Assembly: GCA_950097015.1 (NCBI GenBank)
Contig: CATNEN010000039.1
Coordinates: forward strand, 4,526,001 to 4,590,000
Direction of reading: 5' to 3'
Source: Macrostomum hystrix
Taxonomy: Eukaryota > Animalia > Platyhelminthes
DNA: 64,000 nt
Shown here: one piece after another, positions 36,560 through 48,414 of the stretch
How the letters are laid out: each line of letters starts with the position of its first letter
Numbering within the stretch: the stretch's first letter is position 1
Notes under the pieces: model-generated
What the model saw: only the letters and a program-made list of their open reading frames with translations
Databases searched by the model: none
What the model was told of the DNA's origin: nothing
Made by a program: the position numbers and the translations under genes

Positions 36560-37860
36560 TCATCTCTCCCCCTGTCTCATCTCCCCCTGTCTCATCTCTC
36601 CCTGTCTCATCTCTCCCTGTCTCATCTCTCCCCCTGTCTCATCTCTCCCTGTCTCATCTCTCCCTGTCTCATCTCTCCCTCAGCCCCATCTCTCCCTCCG
36701 CCTCATCTCTCCCTGTCTCATCTCTCCCTGTCTCATCTCTCCCTCAGCCCCATCTCTCCCTCCGCCTCATCTCTCCCTGTCTCATCTCTCCCTGTCTCAT
36801 CTCTCCCTCAGCCCCATCTCTCCCTCCGCCTCATCTCTCCCTGTCTCATCTCTCCCTGTCTCATCTCTCCCTGTCTCATCTCTCCCTGTCTCATCTCTCC
36901 CTGTCTCATCTCTCCCTGTCTCATCTCTCCCTGTCTCATCTCTCCCTGTCTCATCTCTCCCTGTCTCATCTCTCCCCCTGTCTCATCTCTCCCTGTCTCA
37001 TCTCTCCGCCTCATCTCTCCGCCTCGCCTCAACTCATCTCTCCCTCAGCCTCATCTCTCCCTCAGCCTTATCTCTCCCTCAGCCCCATCTTTCCCTCAGC
37101 CTCATCTCCCCCTCCGCCTCATCTCTCCCTCCGCCTCATCTCTCCCTCAGCCTCATCTCTCCCTCAGCCCCATCTCTCCCTCCGCCTCATCTCTCCCTCA
37201 GCCTCATCTCTCCCTCAGCCCCATCTCTCCCTCAGCCCCATCTCTCCCTCCGCCTCATCTCTCCCTCCGCCTCATCTCTCCCTCCGCCTCATCTCTCCCT
37301 CAGCCTCATCTCTCCCTCAGCCTTATCTCTCCCTCAGCCCCATCTTTCCCTCAGCCTCATCTCCCCCTCCGCCTCATCTCTCCCTCCGCCTCATCTCTCC
37401 CTCAGCCTCATCTCTCCCTCAGCCCCATCTCTCCCTCCGCCTCATCTCTCCCTCCGCCTCATCTCTCCCTCAGCCTCATCTCTCCCTCAGCCCCATCTCT
37501 CCCTCAGCCCCATCTCTCCCTCAGCCCCATCTTTCCCTCAGCCTCATCTCCCCCTCCGCCTCATCTCTCCCTCCGCCTCATCTCTCCCTCAGCCTCATCT
37601 CTCCCTCAGCCCCATCTCTCCCTCCGCCTCATCTCTCCCTCAGCCTCATCTCTCCCTCAGCCCCATCTCTCCCTCAGCCCCATCTCTCCCTCCGCCTCAT
37701 CTCTCCCTCCGCCTCATCTCTCCCTCCGCCTCATCTCTCCCTCAGCCTCATCTCTCCCTCAGCCCCATCTCTCCCTCAGCCCCATCTCTACCTCCGCCTC
37801 ATCTCTCCCTCAGCCTCATCTCTCCCCCTGCCCCATCTTTCCTTCCGCCTCATCTCCCCT
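36560..37860. repeat. Pyrimidine-rich minisatellite, 15/17-bp units CTCATCTCTCCCTGT and CTCATCTCTCCCTC(A/C)GC
   Basis: Direct reading. Confidence 0.94.
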
Positions 37861-38763
37861 GAGCATCATATCTCTCCAGCCTCATATTTCCCTCAGCCCC
37901 ATCAATCCCTCCGCTCCCTCCATCCCTGCCCAGAGCCAATCAAAATTGATTACGTGCTGCTGCCCTGACAATAATCCTATGCATAGAAGAGCTGGACCTT
38001 ATTTCTGGTACGATCAATTTATTCGTGTAGAAAACTATTGCTCAAGAATGAAAACGAAGCAAGCGCAAACAACGCTGTTCCCCTACGAGCACTCCATTCG
38101 CGTGAACTTAAACTCTCAAAGTTGCTATACAAAGTGTCATTGAAAAATTTGAGACGAAAACAAACTTTTCTAAAACAGTTTAGAGAGCTATTGTGGTGTA
38201 TATTGGACACACCCCATCCTCGCTTGGCTCAATGCAGGTGACAAGCTTACTATTTATTTATAAAATTTAGTCAATTGGCAACAAAATATTTCACACGCTC
38301 AGCTGGCCAGTCTCCGTACACACCGCGCTATCCGTGTTGCTGCCCTCCAGCCATTGTGGAATCGGGCGCATTGTGATTGTTCGCTGCAGTGCCAATGGTT
38401 GCGCCACAATCGGTCTGTGCAGTGCCAGGGAAATTCAATGCAAAACAATGCACCAACCCTGACCTGGACTCATGCTCGCACTGTGCAGCTTGGATTGGGA
38501 CCCAGCTACACTTGAGCATCCTTGCTTCGGGTGACAGTATAGGCCGAGGGTCAGCTACGCCCACCTGAGCCCGATTTTTCCCTGAGGCTCCTTGCATGCG
38601 TCTGATTTGTTGATAAACAAAAATACGCATAGCTTCAGTCACTTTTTGAGATTTTAATTTCGAAACCAAATAAGATAATTCTCGTATGATTTGATTTCAA
38701 TTTCAATGACAACTCAATGCTCACTTCCACCTATCCTCTATCCCTACCCTATACTCCTTCCAC

Positions 38764-39700
38764 TGTCCTCTTCCCAATGTCCTCTTCCCAATGTCCTCTT
38801 CCCAATGTCCTCTTCCCAATGTCCTCTTCCCAATGTCCTCTTCCCAATGTCCTCTTCCCAATGTCCTCTTCCCAATGTCCTCTTCCCAATGTCCTCTTCC
38901 CAATGTCCTCTTCCCAATGTCCTCTTCCCAATGTCCTCTTCCCAATGTCCTCTTCCCAATGTCCTCTTCCCAATGTCCTCTTCCCAATGTCCTCTTCCCA
39001 ATGTCCTCTTCCCAATGTCCTCTTCCCAATGTCCTCTTCCCAATGTCCTCTTCCCAATGTCCTCTTCCCAATGTCCTCTTCCCAATGTCCTCTTCCCAAA
39101 TGTCCTCTTCCCAATGTACTCTTCCCAATGTCCTCTTCCCAAATGTCCTCTTCCCAATGTCCTCTTCCCAATGTCCTCTTCCCAATGTCCTCTTCCCAAT
39201 GTCCTCTTCCCAAATGTCCTCTTCCCAATGTCCTCTTCCCAATGTCCTCTTCCCAATGTCCTCTTCCCAATGTCCTCTTCCCAATGTCCTCTTCCCAATG
39301 TCCTCTTCCCAAATGTCCTCTTCCCAATGTCCTCTTCCCAATGTCCTCTTCCCAATGTCCTCTTCCCAATGTCCTCTTCCCAATGTCCTCTTCCCAATGT
39401 CCTCTTCCCAATGTCCTCTTCCCAATGTCCTCTTCCCAAATGTCCTCTTCCCAATGTCCTCTTCCCAATGTCCTCTTCCCAATGTCCTCTTCCCAATGTC
39501 CTCTTCCCAATGTCCTCTTCCCAATGTCCTCTTCCCAATGTCCTCTTCCCAATGTCCTCTTCCCAATGTCCTCTTCCCAATGTCCTCTTCCCAATGTCCT
39601 CTTCCCAATGTCCTCTTCCCAATGTCCTCTTCCCAATGTCCTCTTCCCAATGTCCTCTTCCCAATGTCCTCTTCCCAATGTCCTCTTCCCAATGTCCTCT
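38764..39700. repeat. Minisatellite, 14-bp unit TGTCCTCTTCCCAA, ~65 copies
   Basis: Direct reading. Confidence 0.97.
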
Positions 39701-40409
39701 TGCGCATGCAATCTCTCAGCGTTTATTCCTCTTCACATCAAGTATTACCATGAAGAATCTGAGACTGAACTTCCCAACTGATGAAGCAATCCCAAAATAA
39801 TGTGAAACTTGAAGGAAAGGTGCTAAAAACACCCTCCAGGTGCGACAGGGAAGCCCCTATAGAGGACACCCCCCAATTGCAGAAAATATTAATTTATCCC
39901 AATCTGCAAGCAGAAATTTTCTTTGATGGTTTCAATGACAATGTCAAAGATTTTCCTTAGTGGAAGCTGCTGCACCTGATGCCGCTAATTGCAGGTGTGG
40001 CATTGGCATTCGCACACAAAAACTAATTTTCACATTTCTCTTAGAAAGTATATTTTAATTTAGCCTCAATAATTTATAGTTTACCATGCTATACACAGCT
40101 TTGGATAAAGAAAGGTATGCAAACGCTTGGACAAAACTGAATGGCGTAGACGATAAAATGCTAATCTTGAAATCAAAATGAAAATAGTAATACTGCTCAT
40201 ATTCTTGAGTAATAAGTATAGCGTTTACTCATGATTGGTGTAGAGAGAGTTATACGCGAATATTGCAGATGTTTCATATTTAAATTTAGATTGAGAATGC
40301 AGTTCTATTTAATTACTTACTAGATCTGTTTGAGATTGTGTGAATCAGGATTCAAAGGCTTCAAGGAAAACCAGAAGTGTGAAACAGCAGACTGAAACAT
40401 AATTGAATT

Positions 40410-40520
40410 GATTTTAGGTGTCTTGCTAAAGAACACAATTTTTTTAGTGGAGTCGGGAATCGAACCCACGACCTTCAAGTCGGTGAGTCTGGCGCTCTAA
40501 CCACTAGGCTACAAACCCTG
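40410..40520 (-). mobile_element. tRNA-derived SINE family 2 head with CORE-like segment
   Basis: Minus strand reads TGTAGCCTAGTGGTTAGAGCG..CTCAC..GGTCGTGGGTTCGATTCCC, then TGTGTTCTTTAGCAAGACACCTAA; acceptor and anticodon stems pair poorly, so it is not a functional tRNA. Confidence 0.65.
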
Positions 40521-40640
40521 CCTCTTTGCGGCGAGAGGCTGAGCAGAGAAAGGAACCCATCGATCGTAAGGCCAAGCTCATCATTGGCTGTACTGTTCTA
40601 AACAAGCATCCTCTCTCCAGAGTTTTTCATCACTTCATGA

Positions 40641-40712
40641 CCGAGAGGTCAGGAGTTCGAATCTCAGCCCAAGGAAGACAATTTTTGTTTTGAGCAAGAA
40701 TTCTTAAGTTCC
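40641..40712 (+). mobile_element. Degenerate tRNA-SINE fragment
   Basis: GAGGTCAGGAGTTCGAATCTCAGCCCAAGGAAG then TGTTTTGAGCAAG; related inverse fragment at ~58281-58315. Confidence 0.5.
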
Positions 40713-40792
40713 TACTGTCTCATTTCGTCCAGCTGTTAGACTGCGGGTACAGCTGGCAGTCCAACGGGGAATCGCAGGCAAAGAGCAGGTCT

Positions 40793-41190
40793 TTGTTATC
40801 GAGGGCTACCTCAGAATCGGTGGCCAGTTCACGGAGGCCCACCCTGAGATCAAATCGAGAGTCAGCTGTGCGGCCGAGTGGCGTCAAGAGGCAGCATTGT
40901 CGCGCCTTCAGCCTGGCTGACGGTCCGTGCCGGCTGTTCGACAGCAAGTCGGTGAGAGACTGCGGCTGCTGGAGGACAGGCAAGGTGTTTGTGAAGTGGC
41001 AGCCAGGACTCGATCCGGGCGCGCTGAGTCATTCAGGCTACGGCATGAAGCTGTGCGGAGTGAAGTACCGTTTGTTCTCCGACCGCAGCTTCTGGTAGCA
41101 GAGCACGGACTGCTAGTGTGAAGCGCAGAATGGTCTGGTCATCAAGGTCGACGTTGAAAGTGCAGCCACTTTCGTGAACTCCGCAGGGCA
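40793..41190 (+). pseudogene. Possible PAN/apple + C-type lectin-like coding fragment
   Basis: HCRAFSLADGPCRLF (PAN-like) and YRLFSDRSFW*..C*CEAQNGLVIKVD (CTL-like N-terminus) with in-frame stops; weak by-eye similarity. Confidence 0.25.
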
Positions 41191-41199
41191 GCGGCCTTC

Positions 41200-41677
41200 C
41201 GCAGGACGAGGTCCGCGTCCCAGCGGGAGCCATCCGGGCAGCAGTCCGGCAGTATCTAGCCAGGGAGGCCAGGGCGACCTACACCAAGGAGGTCCCGGCG
41301 GAGCACCCGCACAGGCAGTGCGGGGCTTGCCGCTCCCGCTCGAAAGGCTCGAGCAGCGGGTCGCGGAGGTGGCCCTTTTCCAGCTCCGGGCCAACCGGGC
41401 CCCCTTCCTCCAAGCCACGCAGCATCGTTGGGGCCGGACGGCGAGCCCCGAGTGCCCCCACTGTCAGGCCCCGGCTGAGGACTCCGCGCACTTCCTGCTG
41501 GTCTGCCCCCGGTGGCAGGCAGAGGGTCAGCGGTTCCTCAACGGGGCTTCCTCGATGTCCCTACTACAGGAGCACCCGGAGTGGGTGCGGGCCTACCTGG
41601 AGGCGACGGGTGCGCTGGCGCGCTCCCCATATGGCCTTTAGGCCGGTGGGCCAGTATAGAAGAAGAAGAAGAAGAAG
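41200..41677 (+). mobile_element. Non-LTR retrotransposon 3' fragment (I-group-like) with (GAA)n tail
   Basis: LFQLR...SPECPHCQAPAEDSAHFLLVCPRW C-terminal CCHC zinc finger, stop at 41641, then GAA repeats at ~41658-41677. Confidence 0.75.
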
Positions 41678-42250
41678 CTGCCGGACACCAAGAACCAGCC
41701 CAGAGGCTGAAGAGGCTCGGATGGAGAAGACGTGCCAAAAATGAACTCGAGAGCATTGTAACGCCGAACATAGCGAGGATTAGAGACGCCCCGCCGGACC
41801 CGCCGTGGAGTAGCTGGAGGACCGGAAGCTGCACTGCCAACGGATCTCGGCTAGAGACGGTCGAAGCGAATCGCGCGAAGGGAGAGGCCATCGTTGCAGA
41901 GGTGAGCGAAGGAGCCGATTTCACAATCTTTAGCCCAACGGCTCGGTCAGCCCGGAAGGCAGAGGCGGAAGCGGTGCCGTGTTGCGGCGCGCAAGAACGC
42001 CCTCGGAGATGGCGACGTCATCGCGTTGATTGAGCAGCCAGCGGGCGAGGTGAGTAGCTCCCTCGCAGCGGAGGCGACGGCACGGCGCTTGACTGGCTTA
42101 GGGACACCACCAGCAACTGGAGCGTTGCCGCCATCTTCACGGACAGCGCGAGCGCCCTGAAGGGCCTCATTGGCGGGGGGAAGCACCCGCTGCTCGCCAG
42201 TATTAGGACGTGCATTTGCCCAGCTGCAAGACATCGGGCGGTCGATCAAG
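41678..42250 (+). mobile_element. Non-LTR retrotransposon RNase H fragment, frameshifted
   Basis: RLKRLGWR..PPDPPW, DFTIF/..GSV..GRGGSG, SSLAAEATA, AIFTDSASALKGL. Confidence 0.7.
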
Positions 42251-42981
42251 TTTGCAGAAATAATGCAATAAAAACTGACGACAGCTGAAATGTAAGAAAT
42301 TAACCTAAACGAAAAAACAATAGTTATTACAAATTAAGAAAACAAAATATTTCTCTGTGCTGTCGGAATAAAATGCCTCTGTAAGTACTACTTACAAGTA
42401 GTCTGTCTAAAACAAAGTAAAATTTTTGTAAAAATGTTGGTTAAGCAAAAGACAATTTAAAAAAACTCAGAAGTACTTTCACAATGAGTTCAATTGGTGC
42501 AAAAATTCGACTGTCGTTTGCCTTTAAAGAATAGATCTTCTTTTGACCAGGTTTTTCTTTGAGTGGAAATGACAAGAGCTTGGCAAAGGCGAAGGTCGAC
42601 TCGCAATAAATGCAACTATTTACTATCAACCATTCGATTCATTTACTGTAAAGCAAATAATATTCCCACTTTGCTGCAAAGAAAATGAACTCCGTTTTCC
42701 TGTCTTTAAAGATGGTATGATGGTTAAGACCATGAAGGTGGGAAGTTCCCTAATTATTGATGTCAGTAACTATTCTCGAGGCGCACAAATACCTGAAAAC
42801 GATTGACAAAATTTCTATAAATATGCTTCGAAAGAAATGACAGTAGAAACAATATGCAAGATGATGTACATTATATAGCTGTGTAAATAGATGCACTTTA
42901 CTAAAGTCGCACCATTTGCACGCAAATACTAACTCGCATTTATACTCGGTTAAATTTTGTACGACAATACAATAGAAAGAT

Positions 42982-43672
42982 GGGGGTGCTATCAAAAGCT
43001 CGAAATTTCACAACACCGAAAAGCAACTTCTTTCATTAGGTCGAAACTTCACAAGCTCGAAATTTCACAACGTCGAAAACAAAAATAGCAGCTACCTTCA
43101 CTAAGTCGAAACTTCATAAGCTCGAAATTTCACAAGCTCGAAATATCACAACGTCAAAACTTTATAAGCCCGAAATTTTATAAGGTCGAAAGTGAGAAGA
43201 AATCTGGATTACTTAAATGACTTCAAATATTTAAATTAAACAGGCTTTCCTCTGGTTTCCTTCATGTTTCGTTATTGTTGTTATATCGAGTGTCGAGCTA
43301 CTCGATTTTTTAATAACCCATCGTAGGACTCATTGTTTGGTTTAATTGTTTTAGTCCAGAGAGCGGCAGTTAAAATTGAAGACTAACCCAAAAGCTATCA
43401 ATATTCAAGTGTTATATTTTTTTCCTATTTCCAGCATGGGACAAAAGCTCCGAGTAGTACTTCATCTTGGTAATGTATTGATTAGAAATTATTACTGTTT
43501 AATAAGGTACTCGTTTGGTGTATTGTGAAGGTTCGAGCTTATGAAGTTTCGACCTAGTGAAGGTAGCTGCTATTTTAGTTTTCGACGCTGTCAAGTTTCG
43601 CCCTTGCGAACTTTCGACCTGGTGAAGAAAGGTGCTTTCGACGTTGTGAAATTTCGAGTTAGTGAAACCCCC
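42982..43672. mobile_element. MITE/foldback-like element with ~150-bp imperfect TIRs built from TCGAAA subrepeats
   Basis: GGGGGTG..GCTCGAAATTTCACAAC..ATAGCAGCTACCTTCACTA.GTCGAAACTTCATAAGCTCGAA is mirrored at ~43532-43672, ending AAACCCCC. Confidence 0.75.
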
Positions 43673-43694
43673 ACGCCACCGACATCCAGCAAAC

Positions 43695-44823
43695 TATTAT
43701 AATTATGGAACCTTGTTTAAGGCGTTTCGATGAGGTAAGCAATACAAAAATAAAATAAACAGACTAAAATAGATATTATGTCCCGAGTCGGGACTTATGT
43801 CTTATTATAAAAGGTTTCCTTCATTTTCGCTTTCCTATTTTTATGTAGACGATAACCACTAAACCAGGAGTAGCTTTCAATTTTATTTGATCTTTCATTT
43901 AATCATGAACTCGAAGACACAGTCTGGTCTGTGGACATTCGCTGTGCTTCTCATTGCTGCCAAGCTTGTCTCCAGCGAAGGCTACATGCAGATCCAGTTT
44001 GAGACCTACGAAAACAAGGATGGGAGAGTTCAGGATGGAACCTACTGCGATCCATTCGGTACGACCTTCGTGGGCGACAAGTGCGACCCGCAGTTCCGGC
44101 TGATGGCAGACAGATACACGCCTGGAGGGTAAGGATGGAGAATCCGGAAGCTGGGCTGGTCTTAAGACCTGAGTGACCCGACATTTTCTCACCTTAATTA
44201 CTTCGCTCGCAGCAACGGTCTGTACGACTACACTCAACCCAGTGTCTACTGGGACACGGAGTACATCAGCTTCGGGGGCAACTTCGCGGGCATCTCCAAT
44301 CCGGTTGCCATAGCAATGAACTACGAGAACCCGGTGAGTGGGATCGGAAATGAACTGTGCCCGTCCTTTCAGTCTATCAGGATGAAGCAACGTCCCAAAG
44401 GGGTGAAAATAGTCATGTTGAATATAAATCTCTGGTCGCGACACTTTAAACCATCCAGGGCTTCCTCCACATCACAGTCAGTGTTGTGGACAAGGACACA
44501 ATTCCACCAGACGATCCCATGGACACTTTCTCAGCCACTCTTCTGGCGCTTGCTGACTCAACCAGGAAGTCTATTGAGATGACCAGCCAGCCATTCAAAC
44601 ACACCTTGAAGATCACCTATTGGTTCACCTGCAACGCCTACTTTCATGGATTGGACTGTAATCGATTTTGCAAGCCAGAGAACAGCGATAAAGGACACTA
44701 CACCTGCAGCCCGGATGGGGTGAAAGTGTGCCTGGCTGGTGAGTCCGGCCCTGCTAATCCTAGTCTAAGTAGCTGGACCAAAAGGTCTCGGGTGAAGTCT
44801 TTAGGCTGCAGGATCCAGAGATA
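43695..44823 (+). repeat. Segmental duplication, copy 1 (promoter to intron 3 of DSL gene A)
   Basis: Nearly identical to 50629-51773, including introns. Confidence 0.93.
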
Positions 44824-46598
44824 TGCTGCGGTCTTCGAGTGTTGGTTGTCCTAAGCTCATATTTTTTTATTTTCTGGTTTCCAGGATGGACCGGTGCCAG
44901 CTGCGTCACCCCCGACCCCTGCTATGCCAATCCATGCGTGAACGGTGGCACCTGTTCAGACGTCGGCGGAGTCGCTGACTGCCGTTGCCCATCGAGCTTC
45001 ACTGGACGCCATTGTGAAACTGATGTCAACGAGTGCGCTTCCACAGTCGCTTCACCGTGCCTCAATGCCGGGGCCTGTGAAAACACTTTCGGCAGTTTCA
45101 ACTGCAAGTGTTCCGCCGGTTTCACGGGCCGCCTGTGCGAGTTCGATGTAAACGAATGCGAAACTGGCAAATCGCCTTGTCTTAACAACGGCACTTGTGT
45201 GAATTCCTTCGGTGGCCATAGCTGCAGCTGCCCGATCGGTCTCATTGGAAAGCGGTGTGAGCTTGACGTGAATGAATGCGAAGACGGACTGTCTCTTTGC
45301 TCAAATGACAGCACCTGTGTCAACAATTTCGGCAACTACACCTGCCAGTGCCCGCCTGGGTTCGATGGTTGGCTCTGCGACGACGACATCAACGAGTGCC
45401 TGATTGGTTCGCCCTGCTCAAACGGCAGCACTTGCATCAATACAGTTGGCAACTTTACCTGCGAATGCGCCCCGGGATTCGAAGGCTGGCTTTGTGAGGA
45501 CGTCATTGACGAGTGCCGAAGTTCACCTTGCTCTAATGGTGGCACCTGTATCACGGCTTTCAGGAACTTCACGTGCCGATGTCCTCCAGGATACACTGGC
45601 AGGTTCTGCGAAGCAGATGTCGATGAGTGTTTGAGTTCGCCGTGCTCAAATGGTGGCGCCTGTGTAAACAGCGTTGGTAGTTTCACATGCAGATGCTCTT
45701 CAGGATTCACAGGGGCGCTATGTGAAGCAGACGTCAATGAATGCTCGATGAATACAACTTGCAGGAACGGTGGTTCATGCGTTAACACACTGGGTAACTT
45801 TTCCTGTGCTTGTCTGTCAGGTTTCAGCGGACGCAACTGTGAGCAAGACATCGACGAGTGCGCTGAGCCCCTGAATGTTTGCCGGAATGGTGGCTTCTGC
45901 AACAATAACTTCGGAGGCTTCATCTGCCGCTGTTCGTCTGGTTTTACCGGACGCCTGTGCGATTCGGACATCGACGAGTGCTCTCAGACCGTAGCGGTGT
46001 GCCTGAATAATGGCACCTGCAATAACACTCAAGGTGGATTTTCCTGTCTCTGCCTACCTGGATTCAATGGCAACCGCTGCGAAGCTCGCGACCCTCAAGC
46101 TGTGTCAGCGGCAGAGTCAGGCCCGTACTGTAGCGAGCAGAAGTGCTTGATCGTCGGACTTTCGGTTGGATCGGGGGTGATGTTACTCATCCTAGTACTC
46201 GTAACTTTTTGTCTGATTAAAAAATGCAGGTACGTCAAATAGTTCGTCTGCCCCATTTGCGAATATCTGCTATTTTAATTTTGCATTGAGTGCCATGGAA
46301 TGAAATCAGGCTGCAGTTACTCCAGTTGCTGTTCGAAATCTCGGATCGATGGATCAAAGGGACATTGTAGCGTATTAATGTGTTGATCATAGGTTATGTC
46401 AACCTGCAATCAAATAGTTTTCTTACCTGATGTCACCCACGGTTTCTTCGCAGGCACACCAAATCCCCAGCCGGAGTTGATGGAGGAACGAACCAAACCA
46501 GCATATGTGATCCTGAAGGCGATTATGCCACTGCCAACATAGCGGCATCATTTGAAAGGGAAACTCGCGCTGAAAATGACTACGACAGTTTTGCATAG
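43905..46598 (+). CDS. Delta-like DSL ligand A: signal peptide, MNNL/C2, DSL, 10 EGF (mostly Ca-binding), TM, short tail
   Basis: Exons ~43905-44128, 44213-44333, 44459-44738, 44885-46229, 46454-46598. DSL CNAYFHGLDCNRFCKP..KGHYTCSPDGVKVCLAGWTGASC; D(V/I)(N/D)EC EGF repeats; TM LIVGLSVGSGVMLLILVLVTFCLI. Last exon less certain. Confidence 0.85.
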
Positions 46599-47060
46599 GA
46601 TGCAGGTTCTTCACAGTCATAAGACCTGATGCTTTTATGACGGTTATGAAGATTTTTCATTGGACAATTTTTGTAGCTGAAAAAATATATGAGGACCAGA
46701 ATTTTTCGTATTAACCCGGACTTATAAGGTAACAGTGGGGTATACAAATATTTCATAAATCAGTTACATGCTATCTGAGCTCAAAATGTTACTTTTGGAA
46801 TTTTGGAACAATCTAGGCCAAGATACGAATTGTAGTGTACGCATTACACATTTCAAATTGAAATTAAAATTCTAATTTACGCATTGCACTCGACAAAATA
46901 CAACGTACATTACCATACCTGTAGCATACTTACATGCGGTACAATTAGTTTGTAAAATTAGTTCGTGCCTTCTGTGCATGGCCTATTCAGCCTAAATTGT
47001 AAATTTTGAAAAACAATTTTTTGATATGTCGTGGTGTTTTTTAAAAGTTCTGTTCTACTT

Positions 47061-48414
47061 CGGGTGTGTCATAAGTAATGTCACTGAGGGTAAAACAGAC
47101 CAACTAACAATCGCAGATGAACGAAACTGTATCAATCAACAACATAGTGTCCCCCAATATCAATCACCCTCTGGCAGTGCTCGTACAGCTTCTCTACCTC
47201 AGCCTGCAGGTGTTTTTCCTCCAGCTGTCGGAACCAGTGCAACGCGGCTTCTTTGACCTCATCATGGTTTGCGAAACTTCTCTGGGAAAAGTCTGCCTTC
47301 AGCCATTTAAAGAGAAACCTGTCGCACAAGTTGAAGTCTGGGCTGTAGGGACTCTGCCAGAGCAGATTTACTCGCCGTCCAGCCAGAAAATCCGAAACAG
47401 CCTGACAGGTGTGGGGCCGTGCGTTGTCCATCTGCCACAGAACTTCGTTCAGGTGAATCGGGTTTGACCGGAGCGTGCGCCAGAGGTTCCCAGTGTGTCG
47501 GACAAAGTCGATGAAGTACTGGCCATCGACCTTGGTGTTTGGCGGAGTTGTACAGATGGAGACTCGTTTGTTTGGCGTGAATGCCACCAGCAGCATGGTC
47601 TTCTTGTCTGAGATGGACCTCCTGGTCACAGTCAGCCTGGAGTCCCCAGCTCCCAGCCAGCAGCGACTGTCTGCCTTGCTGCTTTTGCCATCCAGGTGGA
47701 GCCAGGTCTCATCCTCAACAACCAGGCAGTTTAGGATGTCATCCAAGCCCCGGCTGCTGAACACCTTGCGGATCTGATTGGCGCAGTTCACACGGGCCTG
47801 ACGTTGGTCCGCAGTGAGGTCATGGGGCACCCAGACCGAGCAGACGTTTCGGAGATGGAGATCCTCTGTCAAGATGCGATGGACTGTCTTGAAATCAATC
47901 TCCAAGCAGTCCGCTAGCTCCCTGACAGACTGCCGCGGGTCTTCCTTGACCAGGTCGCTGATGACTTCGATGTTCTCTATTGTCCTGGTTGAACATGGTC
48001 GTCCAGATCTGGCGGCATCTCCCAATTCGAACACAGGATCAGTAAAGTTCTGAAACCACCTGTAAATTGTCCTGCGAGTTGGGCAGTTGTCTGGCAGTGT
48101 GTTCCGGAGATCCTCCTCTACTTCAGGTGCAGATTTTCCAAGCTTGAAGCGAATGAAAGCGTAGAACTGGATGTGCGTCTTGTCGTGATTCATGTTGAGT
48201 TTTGCTCGTTGCAAAAAGAAGATTTCATCGCGTTGCGCTTGCGAAATCTGATTAACAAATTCTTGCGACAGTTTTGGCCATAGACATTAAAATTGCTGCT
48301 CAGGTGTGGTGGCAACTTCTCAATAAATGTACTTTCAGAATATAATATATTTGGACGATTATTGCTTTGGGTTCCCGCACAACAACCACAGTGACATTAC
48401 TTATGACACACCCG
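47061..48414 (-). mobile_element. Tc1/mariner (DD34D mariner) transposon, full length
   Basis: Perfect 26-bp TIRs CGGGTGTGTCATAAGTAATGTCACTG (47061-47086 and 48389-48414); TA on the right flank and TACTT/TAGTA symmetry outside. Confidence 0.95.
47132..48193 (-). CDS. Mariner transposase, intact (353 aa from ATG at 48193)
   Basis: HTH with RSGRP, WVPHDL, DETW, DNARPH, YSPDFNLCD; 34 residues between the 2nd and 3rd catalytic D. Confidence 0.95.
   Translation of the reverse strand: MNHDKTHIQFYAFIRFKLGKSAPEVEEDLRNTLPDNCPTRRTIYRWFQNFTDPVFELGDAARSGRPCSTRTIENIEVISDLVKEDPRQSVRELADCLEIDFKTVHRILTEDLHLRNVCSVWVPHDLTADQRQARVNCANQIRKVFSSRGLDDILNCLVVEDETWLHLDGKSSKADSRCWLGAGDSRLTVTRRSISDKKTMLLVAFTPNKRVSICTTPPNTKVDGQYFIDFVRHTGNLWRTLRSNPIHLNEVLWQMDNARPHTCQAVSDFLAGRRVNLLWQSPYSPDFNLCDRFLFKWLKADFSQRSFANHDEVKEAALHWFRQLEEKHLQAEVEKLYEHCQRVIDIGGHYVVD

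Noticed and set aside
40445-40520. Functional tRNA-Val(CAC)
   Set aside because: Acceptor and anticodon stems pair poorly and a SINE body follows
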